Program-made: the position numbers and the translations under genes | Part shown: positions 49,019 through 61,274 of the stretch, in pieces | How positions within the stretch are numbered: the first letter of the stretch is position 1 | Layout: each line of letters starts with the position of its first letter | Origin: Phaeosaccion multiseriatum | Taxonomy: Eukaryota > Protista > Ochrophyta, other classes | Assembly (NCBI GenBank): GCA_965112735.1 | Contig: OZ218961.1 | Span: 3,038,001 to 3,102,000 of the forward strand | Direction of reading: 5' to 3' | Length of the DNA stretch: 64,000 nucleotides | Notes under the pieces: model-generated | What the model was told of the DNA's origin: nothing | Seen by the model: only the letters and a program-made list of their open reading frames with translations | Database searches by the model: none

Positions 49019-50183
49019 TCGACCTATCTGATTAGTAATTACGGCCGGCGCAGCCGGCCTGATTACTGATTATGACCGGCGCCAGCCGGCCTGAGTACTG
49101 ATTATGCGCCAGCCGGGGCCTGATTACTGATTACGGCCGGCGCACACCGTAATCTTGTCCAGGGTCGAGGGAGGGAGGGAGGGAGGGAGGGAGGGAGGGA
49201 GGGAGGGAGGGAGGGAGGGAGGGAGGGAGGGAGGGAGGGAGGGAGGGAGGGAGGGAGGGAGGGAGGGAGGGAGGGAGGGAGGGAGGGAGGGAGGGAGGGA
49301 GGGAGGGAGGGAGGGAGGGAGGGAGGGAGGGAGGGAGGGAGGGAGGGAGGGAGGGAGGGAGGGAGGGAGGGAGGGAGGGAGGGAGGGAGGGAGGGAGGGA
49401 GGGAGGGAGGGAGGGAGGGAGGGAGGGAGGGAGGGAGGGAGGGAGGGAGGGAGGGAGGGAGGGAGGGAGGGAGGGAGGGAGGGAGGGAGGGAGGGAGGGA
49501 GGGAGGGAGGGAGGGAGGGAGGGAGGGAGGGAGGGAGGGAGGGAGGGAGGGAGGGAGGGAGGGAGGGAGGGAGGGAGGGAGGGAGGGAGGGAGGGAGGGA
49601 GGGAGGGAGGGAGGGAGGGAGGGAGGGAGGGAGGGAGGGAGGGAGGGAGGGAGGGAGGGAGGGAGGGAGGGAGGGAGGGAGGGAGGGAGGGAGGGAGGGA
49701 GGGAGGGAGGGAGGGAGGGAGGGAGGGAGGGAGGGAGGGAGGGAGGGAGGGAGGGAGGGAGGGAGGGAGGGAGGGAGGGAGGGAGGGAGGGAGGGAGGGA
49801 GGGAGGGAGGGAGGGAGGGAGGGAGGGAGGGAGGGAGGGAGGGAGGGAGGGAGGGAGGGAGGGAGGGAGGGAGGGAGGGAGGGAGGGAGGGAGGGAGGGA
49901 GGGAGGGAGGGAGGGAGGGAGGGAGGGAGGGAGGGAGGGAGGGAGGGAGGGAGGGAGGGAGGGAGGGAGGGAGGGAGGGAGGGAGGGAGGGAGGGAGGGA
50001 GGGAGGGAGGGAGGGAGGGAGGGAGTCGACCCTGGACAAGATCATCTGATTCTGATTTCGGCCGGCGCAGCCGGCCTGATTACTGATTATGACCGGCGCC
50101 AGCCGGTCCGGTTGCTTACAGCCGGTGACCAGCCGGCCTGATTACTGGTTACGGCCGGCGCACACCGTAATCTTGCAGGGTCG
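49019..50183. mobile_element. Two copies of a ~150-160-bp MITE-like repeat bracketing a pure (GGGA)n tract
   Basis: 49019-49168 and 50026-50183 are imperfect direct repeats. ATCTTGTCCAGGGTCGA and TCGACCCTGGACAAGAT are a perfect inverted pair abutting the tract. Confidence 0.55.
49167..50025. repeat. ~860-bp uninterrupted (GGGA)n tract
   Basis: Direct inspection. Confidence 0.95.
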
Positions 50184-50530
50184 GCGGTACAGTCTGTTAC
50201 GCCGTCTTCGGATAAGTAAAATAAAATTTCGGAAAAAAGGCTGAGTTGTCTTGCTTGGCAAATTCGCCTTTGTTTTTTTCTCCCTCCCCTTCATTTTATG
50301 TTATGTCTCACTACCCACACTGATACTTCCTCCTTAAAGACGACATTCAGGCGCAACCTCTGAGGTACAATCGTACCCTGAGCTATCGTTAGAGATCGTA
50401 CCTTTTGCCCCCTTGTGTGGTCCTTGGTTTTCTCCACAACGTAGCTATCGTAGAAGTCCTCCCAAATTATGACTAGTACGAGCTGCTGCTGCAGCAGCCT
50501 GTAGCAGGAGCAGCAACCGGAAGCAACGCT

Positions 50531-53500
50531 ATGATGGACGAGCCCGCAGACTTTCCAAGGCTGACGGAACCCGGCAGTCAAGAAAGGGCACGGCAACAAG
50601 ATTTGCTCGGGAGGGCGCACGAGGTTGTGGCCGAGCTCGGGGAGAAGCCCTTCGCCTTCTGGTACGATGGAAAGGGAAGAGAGGTGGAGAAGTACAGCTT
50701 CAGGCGCATGTGGGATGAGGTAAGAGCGAGACGGAGAGAAAGCCCTGAGCCACTCGCTCCGCCAGCAGTGGTGGGGTCAGTGTACAAGTCGACTTCACTC
50801 GAGGGCGAGCGAGTGCAAAAACGTCGACTCAATCCATAGTAGAGGAGGGGGGTACCCTACTCCTGGCCTTTCTTCTCTCCTTCTTTCACTCCCCGCCCTC
50901 CTCGACTAGTAGTCGTGTACGATAAAGGGGCTTATCATGTAGTAACGACGAGGCCCTGGCTGGTATGCTTCTCCCGGCCCGCTGCCCCTTCTTCTTCTTA
51001 GGCGGGCAAGATTGCCTACATGCTGCGCGAGGAGTGGGGCGTACCTAAGGGAGCCATGGTGGTGCTGTGCTACGGGCCGGGCCTGCACTTCTTCGCCGCC
51101 TTCCTGGGCTGCTTGAGGGCGGGCGTGGTGGCGGTGATGGTGTACCCGCCCGCCCCTCCTCTGTCCAAGTCGCTGCCCAAGATGAGCAAGATCGTGGCGG
51201 ACTGTAAGCCCCTGCTGTGCCTCACCGACTCCACGATAGCAGCTGTGCGCAGAGTGGACAGGGCCAACCCACTCTCTGACTCGCGCAAGCTGTGGCCGGA
51301 GGCGCTCGAGTTTGAGGCTACGGATGGAGGGCTGCTTCAGGGGTTCTTCTCCTCCTCGTCAGGCGCAGGGAGGAGGAGCTTTGACGAGCTGAGCTTGGCC
51401 GAAGACGACGTCGCGTTCCTCCAGTACACCAGCGGTTCCACCGGCGACCCCAAGGGCGTGATGGTGACCTTCGGTGCGCTCATGGCCAATGTGTCCCTCC
51501 TGGTCCGCCAAGGAACGGCGTTTGTGTGGGCGCGGCGAGCGAAGGAGGATGCTCATCGAGGAGAAGAACTGTCTCCCAAGATGGAGGGGGCTCCCGGAGG
51601 AGGAGACGCCGGTCTGCAAGTGGTCACCTTGCCGCTGACGGGCTGCTCGTGGCTGCCGCAATACCATGTGAGTGAGTGATAAGTGCTCATGAGTGTGACT
51701 TTGCATGCCACGCCAAGCGTTGATACCCTCCCATGGGATGCAAAGCATCTGGTCGTAGTGAAAAGCATGCAGCAAATCTCGGCGCTGTGTGCCCGTACTT
51801 ACTGCCTCCTCTCACCCCTCGCTCCCACCTTCACCGCAGGACATGGGCCTGGTGGTGGGCCTTGTGGGCCCTTTCCTGACGGGCATGACAATGCACTACA
51901 TGTCCCCCGTGACGTTCATTAAGCGGCCCCTGCTCTGGCTGGAGCTCTTCTCTCGGCACCGCGTGGAGTGGTCCATCGCCCCCGACTTCGCCTACGCCCT
52001 CTGCGCCCGCTACATGACCAAGGTGCGCGGCACTCGCAAGGAGCCCGCTTTGGACTTGTCCAGCGTGCTATCACTCATCAACTCGGCAGAACCGATTCGG
52101 CGAGAGACCATGGAGAGGTTCGAAGAAGCCTTCCGCCCCCACGGCCTCCCAGACGGGTATGTGAGAAGACGTGATGAAGCAGTAGTGACCCACTATTTCT
52201 TTTGGGCAGTGTGATCTGCGCTCAGCTGTAGATGGTGCATTTGATGGTAGCTACTGCCGTTGTACAACCTGCTGCAGCTCAAGGGGAGCGCTACCGGAAG
52301 TGGTAGCTTCGTTCCTCACTGAGATGTAATTCTTGCTCTCGCTGGCTCTCTTCCGGTGCTGCGCAGGTGGTTCACGTCGGCTTACGGCTTGGCTGAGCAT
52401 GTGGCATCAGGTGCGTAAACGTAGGGTCCGCCTGAGGTGCTTGCCTTTGCTTGCTGCACTACCATGGCCCAATCTCTCTCTGTCTGAACCTCGCCGCTCT
52501 GCTCTGCTCTTGCCTTCAATGGGAGCAGCTTGCTCCCTCGACTCTGTGCACTTCTCTACCTCTAGGCCGGAGCTCATCAGCGTAGGGTACGCGGGCACGG
52601 AAGCGGACTTTGCGCACTTTCGAATCGCCAATCCTGACACCATGGTCGAGGTCGGCGAAGCAGCAGCCACGGGAGAGATTTGGGTCTCCTCTCCCTGTAT
52701 CACCGCCGGGTACTGGGGCAAGCCCGAGCTGTCCAAGGAGACGTTTGGTGCCACACTCGCACTCCCCAAAGGAGCAGAGGGGATCCATGGCAGCGACCCC
52801 TCAAGTTGCAAGTACCTACGGACGGGCGACGTGGGCTTTGTGGAGGAGGGGCTGCTGTACATCTGCGGCCGCATCAAGGACCTCATCATCTTCAATGGGG
52901 TCAACCACTACCCGCAGGACATCGAGTTCGCCGTGCAAGAAGTGTCTGACGCTATTCGGCAGGGCTGCATTGCGGCCTTCTCCTCCGACGAGACGGGAGG
53001 GGACGGCGTGCTGGAGGTGGTGTTCGAGATCCGTCAGGAGCGAGAGAGCGAGGCTCAGGCAGTGGTGGAGGCCGCTCAAGCCTCATTGTCGTCCTGTCTG
53101 GGCCTCCGAGCGGCCAGGGTGGTGGCCGTCAAGCAGAAGACCATCCCCAAGACCACGAGCGGCAAGATCCGACGGCGGGCGACAAGGCAGGCACTTCACG
53201 CTGGCGAGCTGCACATGGTGCGCGAGCTCACCGAGGACAGCGCGAGTGGGCAAGAAGGGAGGGCGGCGGTGATGTCACAGGTGCGAACGTGCGAGAGGGG
53301 AGGCCTCTTGCCCATGCCATTCTTCAGTCTTCCTATTGTCTTGTCGTTGTGCTGGTCTGTGGTGCTTGTCCTTCGCAGACCTCTTCATCCTGGTCTGGTG
53401 CGGGGGAGTGTCAGCTGAGGAAGTTGTTTGCGGTCTCACGCACCTGTTTTGCCTGTTTCCTCACCAACACACACCGACAGGACCCTCCTCTTAATGACCT

Positions 53501-55947
53501 TACAAGCACTTGCTCAACTCCGGAGGACAGGCCTCTCTCCGTCGAAGGCGAGGTCCCGGAAAGAAGAGGAGAACGAGACAGCAGTCTGGCCATTCATTCT
53601 ATGGAGAGCCTCGGTAGGCAGGCAAGGGTGGCCATCATCTTGGAGGAGATCATAGGCTTTGCCGCGGAGGTGACGCACAATCGAGCTCTGTCCGCCGACG
53701 ACCGCTTCATGGAGGCGGGCATGACCTCGGTGATGATGGCGGAGCTGGCGGTGATGCTCGAGGACTTTCTGGGCAGCGAGAGGACGGAGGAGGAGGAGGG
53801 GGACAAGGACTTTGAGCTTGGGGCCGAGGCCTTCTTCGACTATCCCACACCTGCTCTCCTGGCAGCTCACGTAGAGACGACCCTGTTTGGAGAGGGAGAG
53901 GGGGACGACGCTTCTGCTGACGGACTGCTTCCTTCTCTTCTTTCTGATGGTGGCGGCGACATAGCAGTCATTGGATTGGCCTGTCGCTTCCCCGGCGGCT
54001 GCAACAGCCCGGAAGAGCTCTGGGCGAAGCTGTGCAATGAGGAAGACTGCGTCACCGATGCGCCCTCTGAGCGAGGCTTGGGAAAAGGAGTGAGAGGTAC
54101 GCAATATGTCTACCTTGCTGCACACGCGTGATTGATTGCGGCGTGCGTCTCAGCCTGTGTAACCTGTACTTTGCAGTGCTTCCTAGCGCCCTGCTAAACA
54201 TCTGCTCGTCCTCTCCCTTAATCATGCGAGCAGGAGGCTTCATCGACACCATGGAAGCGTTCGACAACGCATTCTTCGGTATGTCCATCGCCGAGGCGGA
54301 GGCCCAAGACCCCAACCAGCGCATCATGCTCGAAGTGGCCTATGAGGCTCTGCATAGAGCCGGCTACGAGGGCCGGCGCAGGCTTGAAGGTCACCGAGTC
54401 GGCGTTTTTGTGGGCGTGGCAGGGAGTGACTGGCCCACTCTGCTGTACGAGAACCCACAACTCACCAAGGGAAACCCGTACGTGCTGGCGGGGGCAAGCC
54501 GAGCATGCATCGCTGCCCGCATCTCGCACACACTCGGCCTTGAAGGTCCATGCGAAAGCGTAGATACAGCATGTTCGTCGGCAATAGTGGCCCTGAACAA
54601 CGCGTGCAAAAGCCTGAGACTCAGGGAGTGCAGCTCTGCGATCGTCGGAGGTGTCAACCTGCTGCTCCACCACCAAGGCTTTGACGGCCTGGCCGATGCG
54701 CGGCTTCTATCTAAAGAAGGGTGAGTGTGCTCCTGGGGCTCCTACCGGGACTCCCTTTCTTGAAACGCCTCTGGGTAGGCGTGCGTTCTCGAGAGAAAGT
54801 CGGGAGAGAGACGGGAGAAACAGTCATTGAACACACACACCTCCTTACTGTGTCCCCTCTCCCACTGCAGGTGTTGCAAGTCCTTTGACGTTCGTGCGGA
54901 TGGATATGTGCGCAGCGAGGGCAGCGGGGCCGTCGTGCTGAAGCTTCTTCCTGAGGCCATCAAGGACAGGGACCGCATCCTCGCCATCATCAAGGCAGCG
55001 GCTGTCAGCCACAGCGGCGTCAGCAGCTCTCTGTCCGCCCCCAAGGGAGCCGCCCAAGAGAGCTTAGCGGGAATGGCCCTACGGCAGGCAGGGTGCGAGG
55101 GGAGAGAAGTGAGCTACGTTGAGGCTCACGGCACAGGAACCGTTATTGGTGACTCCATCGAAATGCGTAAGTTGTGAAGGCCGCAAAGGGCAGAGAGGGG
55201 GCAACAAGAGGCATCATCGTAAACTCACTCTCTTGTGAGCTCGAAGAAAGCGACGGCGTTGAGGGAGCGAGGTTGAACTAAGACTCACTCATGTCCTCCC
55301 TCTCTCCCTCCCTCCCTCCCTCCCTGCCTGCCTGCCTGCCCGCCTCCCTCCCTCCCCTCCTTACCCTCGTGTGATGCATCTTAGGTGCTCTCAAGGCGGC
55401 TTTCACCCCCAACAGGCCTGAGGCCTCCCCCCTTGTAGTGGGCACCGTCAAGACCACCCTGGGCCACATGGAGGGGGCGTCGGGAATGGCTCAGCTCATC
55501 AAGGCCATCCTGGTACTGCAGCACCGAGAGGCCCCAGCCAACCTTCACCTCAAGGAGGTCAACCCCAAGCTGAAGCTGGAGGGCGTGCCCGTCACGCTGC
55601 CCACTCGAAGGACACCCCTTTCCTCCTACTGCTCCGACGGCTCGACGCTGCTCGCAGGTGTTAACTCCTACGGTCTTGGTGGAGTTAACGCCCACGTCAT
55701 CTTGGGCAGCTACGGCGGCTGTACAATGGAAGCCCAAGGCGTTGGTGCTACATGGCAGGGGTTCCCTTCGTCGAGAACCTTCTCCATCCCGAGGGGTGCC
55801 GCACGTGAGCTGCAAGACTTCACACCGAGCGTGAAGTCAAGGGCTGCGACTGACATGGTGATGAAGACTGATAAAGACTTGCACGACAAGGTGGTGGAAG
55901 TCTGCATACAGATTTCAGCGCGTCTCTTAGAGGATGGGCGGCGGCAG

Positions 55948-55981
<34 letters not shown>

Positions 55982-56108
55982 GAGAGAAGGGTGAGGGCCG
56001 CCCCCCTGGGGAGCTCGACCTCGAGGCTCCACAAGCTGTGGACGCACGCACCTCCTTCCTGGAGATCGCAGCTCTTTACCAGAGGGAGAGGCAGCAGGAA
56101 CAGGAACA

Positions 56109-56146
<38 letters not shown>

Positions 56147-59123
56147 TGAGAGAGAGGAGGGCTGTCTGTCTTCAGGAGGAGGCGGAGCTCGAGGCCCAGC
56201 TCCGAGCTGTTGGCGCTGAGACGAACATCAGCAGGACTACCTCCTTTCTGGAGCTGGGTATGGACTCTCTGGCCGTGGTGCAGCTGGTCAACACGCTCCA
56301 GGACCAGTTTGAGCTGCAGGAGGAGCTGCCGCTGGCGGAGGTGCTTCAGAACCCCACTGCAGAGGGGCTCGCCACACTGGTGGTGGAGCAGCGGCATCAA
56401 GACCTCGTTACCGGTGGGGGGAAAGGAGAGCACAACCACCGCAGCGTGCCTGCTCAAGAGACGATGGAGGAGAAGGAGCCGCTGATGTGCGCGAAGATGA
56501 TGTCTTCCGTGGTCTTCAAGGTGACGCAAGTGGTGCTCATTGCGGTGCTCTTGGCGCATGTCTTCGTCTGCATGATCCTGCCCTACCGCTACCTCCGCTG
56601 GCTCAAGACTGACTCCGGCATCGAGACTTCGGTGTGGGTGGGGAAGGACTTGAGTCATCTCGCCGATCCGGAGTCCTCTTACGCCTCTCCAGGTGGAGTT
56701 GTGGGTTGGGGGCCTCTGGTCTCTTTCAGTATCGTCCTGTGGTTTCTGACGTACTCTGCCTCCATCGTTTGCATCAAGTGGCTTCTCGTGGGGACATATT
56801 TTGAGGGTACCGTCGCAATTCACGCATCGTACTATCACCGCTGGTGGTACGTGAATGCATGCATCAATGTGTGGCAAGTGGGAGGCGGCTTTCTTACCCT
56901 CGGCACACCCGGCATCACTTTGTTCTACAAGCTGCTAGGTGCCGACGTCTCCTGGCGCTGCTCCATCTCCACCTTTCTTCGAGAGTTTGACCTCATCACG
57001 ATTGGGGCCGGCGCCTCGGTGTCTGGCTCGCTGTGTCCTCGCTCCTTCACGCCGTCAAGCATGGTATTTCGCAGCGTTGTTGTGGGTGCGGGCGCAGAGG
57101 TGGAGGCGGGGGCTGTGGTGCACGGCGGTGTGACGGTGGGTGAGGGCACACGGGTCGCTCGCCTGGCCGTTGTATACCCTCTGACGCGTATTCCTGCTGG
57201 CGATGGTGTGTGGGAGGGCAACCCGGCGCAGAGGAAACAGAGCCGCCGCAGCGCCGAGGAGGAGGAGGGTGGACGAGCGGTGAAGACTGACACAGAGAGA
57301 GACTTTGCAAAGGGCAGTGGCGGCGGATGGGCGAAGGAAGCCCTCGAGCTCCTGCAAGGAGTGGTCCGTATGGTGTTAATTTCGGCTTCCGTCATGCTCG
57401 CGGCCTTCTTTAGCTGGATGCCCGCCGTTGCGTACACCTTCCTCGGTGTGTCAAGAGACTTTCGATACGCAGGAGTCATGAGCACGGTGTTCGAAGTGTA
57501 TGGGGCCCTTCTGACTCTTGCCCTGTACCTGGTCCTGCTCAAGTGGGTCATTGCGCCGAGCTGCCTGCTTCGACCCGGTGTGTACACCGACAACTTTGGA
57601 AGGGCGCTTCGTCGATGGTACCTCGGCAAGCTTCACAGCCAAGTGTCGGGCTACGTGCTCGTGTTCGCCCGCTGGCGCCTGTTCGACTGGTGGGGCAAGG
57701 CCCTGGGTGTGCGCATGGGAAGGGGGGCTATCAACTCGGGTGATGGCGCGTACAATCCCGAGACGGCCCACCTCATTACGTTTGGTAAGAAGGGAGGATA
57801 TGTCTGGGGGAGGATATATGTGGGAGGAGGACGGGATGCTTGGTACCGCGCTTTGCCGCCACGGCTCTCCACCATGCTCTGTGTTGCTTGAAGCGAACAC
57901 CTTCTCTCTCATTTTTTTTTTCCCCCACATACCCCAATACTTCTACAGGACATGATGCTTTTGCGTCGTATGCCGCATTCACTACCGATGAGCCGCTGAG
58001 GAGGGGCAGTGCCAGCGTTGGTAGTGCCACTGCAGGCAGTGCCGTGGGGCCAACACGTGTGCGAGGGACTTGCACCGTTGGGGACGAAGCGCTACTCGGG
58101 TACATGTGCGTCATGGAGCCTGGCGCTGCCATTCCGGCACAGCAAGGCGTTGAAATGTTCACGGCTGTAGCAGCTGAGGACACAATCGTATCGAGATCGT
58201 GGGGCCAGGGCGCAGTAGTGGGGGGAGGGAGGGAGGATGCCGCCTCACCTGCAGCGCTCTGGGGACCCGGCGCACTCACAAATGGAGACGTCCAGCGTTG
58301 GGCCGCCTTTGTCGCCAGAGAGACATGGGGCACGCTGCTGTGGCTGGCGACGCATGCAGGGAGTCTGGTGGTGGTGGTGGAGGTGGGAAGGCTTCTAAAC
58401 CAAAGCGTGGGGAAGAAGCGGGGCATGAGCTTCGAGGCCATGCTGCCCCTGTACGGGGCCGTGTGCGGGTGTGCAGGAGCCCTTGCCCTCACTCTTCTCT
58501 TGGTGGCTTCCAAGTGGCTGCTCGTCGGTGACTTCAGCCGTGGTGCAGACCCAATCACGGGAGCGTGCATGTCCTCACAGAATATTTCTCGGAGCGCGCG
58601 GACGCAGTACTTCCGCCTTCTGACCAGGCTGCGCCACTTCTTCCTGCTGTACATTCTGACGCCTTTGTTCAGCGGTACATGGCTGTACAATCTGTACGTT
58701 CGAGCGTCGTGCTCGCGGCCGAAGGACATCTCGCTGGAGGCATTGGTGTTGGCGGCCGATGTGCATGACTTTGACTTCCTCACCTTGGAGGCGGGTGCCA
58801 TACTTGACATGGGTAGTGAAGTCTGGGGTCACGTGCTTCGCCCAAGAGCTGTTGGTGCTGGGGAAGACAGCACTGCCGGGCTGCTGGTCATGTCCCCCTG
58901 CAGAGTGGAGGCAGGGGCAGTCCTTCACCCCTACGCCTTTGTCACCCACGGCACGGTCGGCAGCCGGGCCGAGCTCTTCGCCTACAGCCCGCCGCTCATG
59001 GGGCAGAGGCTGCGGGATGGAGGCAAGTACGGTGGCCGCGGAGTGCCAGGACTGCTCAAGAGAACACTGTTGCGAGACTGCTGGAGCGAGGACTCCACGG
59101 GGTTCAGTCTTTTGTGTCGATAA
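50531..59123 (+). CDS. Multidomain FAAL-ACP-KS-ACP synthase with a C-terminal Pls-like (TIGR02353-type) transmembrane/left-handed beta-helix region, ~10 exons
   Basis: FAAL: AFLQYTSGSTGDPKGV, SWLPQYH|DMGL, APDFAYALC, YGLAEH, LRTGDVGF, IPKTTSGKIRR. ACP1: FMEAGMTSV...FFDYPTP. KS: IAVIGLACRFPG, DPNQR, DTACSS, EAHGTGT, LGHMEGASG, VNSYGLGGVNAH. ACP2: FLELGMDSL. Then three TM-(KW..G)-hexapeptide blocks. Exons ~50531-50719, 51002-51667, 51840-52156, 52367-52410, ~52528-53280, 53481-54096, 54233-54720, 54871-55166, 55385-57784, 57949-59123. Confidence 0.88.
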
Positions 59124-59694
59124 GAGTGCAAGCCGCTCTGTTGTATGTACAGCTCTTAGTTCAACGTTTGCAAGGTGGGGCCCTTCCATATCATGGAAAC
59201 ACTGTAGTCAAGGAGACTCGATGAGGAAGAGAGGGAGGGAAGCAAAGCAATTCTCCTCTCTGGTACTTCGAAGTACTTAATAGCCCGTAGAGGAGCATCG
59301 AGTGTCTCTGCGGGCATCGCATCAGTCATCACAAGACGCCAACGTCGCGAGACATCTCCCCCATACGCTACCCCTACCCTACTCCCCCCTACCCACGTGC
59401 TCTTGACAGTACTGTATACTCATCTACTAGCTATTATATCCTGTGGACGAACACAGACTTTCATGCTCCTGGGTAGATGCTCCTGGCGAGCATCCCATTA
59501 GAGTGGACGAGCCCCGACGAGCGAAGCATAAGCCACCGGAGGCGGCAAACAAGTCTGGCCACTACAGCCGTGGTCCAGATTGGAGCCAGCCCTTTGCTGC
59601 ACATTGCAACCGGCAGCGCGTCGACGGAGAAGCTCAGTGCATTGCAAGGATTCGGCATGCTGCTGATGCCGGTGCTGCAGCCGTGTGTACTTGC

Positions 59695-59800
59695 GTACTG
59701 CAGAAACGCCAGGTCCTCTTCGGCCACGCTCGGCTCCTTAAAGCTCCTCCTCCCTGCGCCTCACGAGGAGGAGAAGAAGTGCGGAAGCAGCCCCCCATCT
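59695..59800 (-). pseudogene. Inverted ~105-bp fragment of the FAAL coding sequence
   Basis: The reverse complement aligns by eye to ~51322-51427 (DGGLL..FFSSS*GAGRRSFKEPSVAEEDLAFLQY vs DGGLLQGFFSSSSGAGRRSFDELSLAEDDVAFLQY), with TCA changed to TGA. Confidence 0.8.
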
Positions 59801-60764
59801 GTGAGTGAGTGAGTGAGTGAGTGAGTGGGTGAGTGAGCGCGTGAGTGAGTGAGTGAGTGAGTGAGTGAGTGAGTGAGTGAGTGAGTGAGTGAGTGAGTGA
59901 GTGAGTGAGTGAGTGAGTGAGTGAGTGAGTGAGTGAGTGAGTGAGTGAGTGAGTGAGTGAGTGAGTGAGTGAGTGAGTGAGTGAGTGAGTGAGTGAGTGA
60001 GTGAGTGAGTGAGTGAGTGAGTGAGTGAGTGAGTGAGTGAGTGAGTGAGTGAGTGAGTGAGTGGGTGAGTGAGTGAGTGAGTGAGTGAGTGAGTGAGTGA
60101 GTGAGTGAGTGAGTGAGTGAGTGAGTGAGTGAGTGAGTGAGTGAGTGAGTGAGTGAGTGAGTGAGTGAGTGAGTGAGTGAGTGAGTGAGTGAGTGAGTGA
60201 GTGAGTGAGTGAGTGAGTGAGTGAGTGAGTGAGTGAGTGAGTGAGTGAGTGAGTGAGTGAGTGAGTGAGTGAGTGAGTGAGTGAGTGAGTGAGTGAGTGA
60301 GTTAGTGAGTGAGTGAGTGGGTGAGTGAGTGAGTGAGTGAGTGAGTGAGTGAGTGAGTGAGTGAGTGAGTGAGTGAGTGAGTGAGTGAGTGAGTGGGTGA
60401 GTGAGTGAGTGAGTGAGTGAGTGAGTGAGTGAGTGAGTGAGTGAGTGAGTGAGTGAGTGAGTGAGTGAGTGAGTGAGTGAGTGAGTGAGTGAGTGAGTGA
60501 GTGAGTGAGTGAGTGAGTGAGTGAGTGAGTGAGTGAGTGAGTGAGTGAGTGAGTGAGTGAGTGAGTGAGTGAGTGAGTGAGTGAGTGAGTGAGTGAGTGA
60601 GTGAGTGAGTGAGTGAGTGAGTGAGTTGGTGAGTGGGTGAGTGAGTGAGTGAGTGAGTGAGTGAGTGAGTGAGTGAGTGAGTGAGTGAGTGAGTGAGTGG
60701 GTGAGTGAGTGGGTGAGTGAGTGAGTGAGTGAGTGGGTGGGTGAGTGGGTGAGTGAGTGAGTGA
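59800..60764. repeat. ~960-bp (GTGA)n tract
   Basis: Direct inspection. Confidence 0.95.
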
Positions 60765-61274
60765 GGTAGTGGCTGCAGCAAGAAAGTGCATCTTGCCCTA
60801 TAAAAAAGTAACTTTTCCCCCGAGATGACTCTCCTTCCTCCCACCGGCACACGAAGCTGATTCCCGCCACCCTGAATCCTGCTTCTGATTCATCTCTATT
60901 GGCGTGACCTCTGGCAGGGCATTGCCTGTTGGCCTGTGTCAAAATCAAAAAAAGGGGGGGAAAAAGAGTATTCAGTAGTTTGAGTTTCAGCTCAAAAACG
61001 TAACGCCAGAAGCGCGAAGTTTTAAGAGAAAGGCGAACAGCAAACAAAACACAGTATATGTGCGCTCGGCTGATACGACTGGCGGGACCAGTAGCGCAGT
61101 TGCAGAGCACGGGGGTGGAAAGACGCTACACGGTGAAAGCATCACCGCACAGGAAGTGCAGGGGTGTATTAGTACGCATTTTTCAGCTCTGATGCATTTT
61201 TCAGCTCTGCCTCCACCATGGCACAAGGAGGGTAGGTGCTGAAGAAAGGAGTGGGGACGGCTCCCCGCCCTGCC

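Noticed and set aside
49131-50141. 300-aa SLPP/EGGR ORFs
   Set aside because: Translations of (GGGA)n.
59634-61110. Long SLTH-repeat ORFs
   Set aside because: Translations of (TCAC)n.
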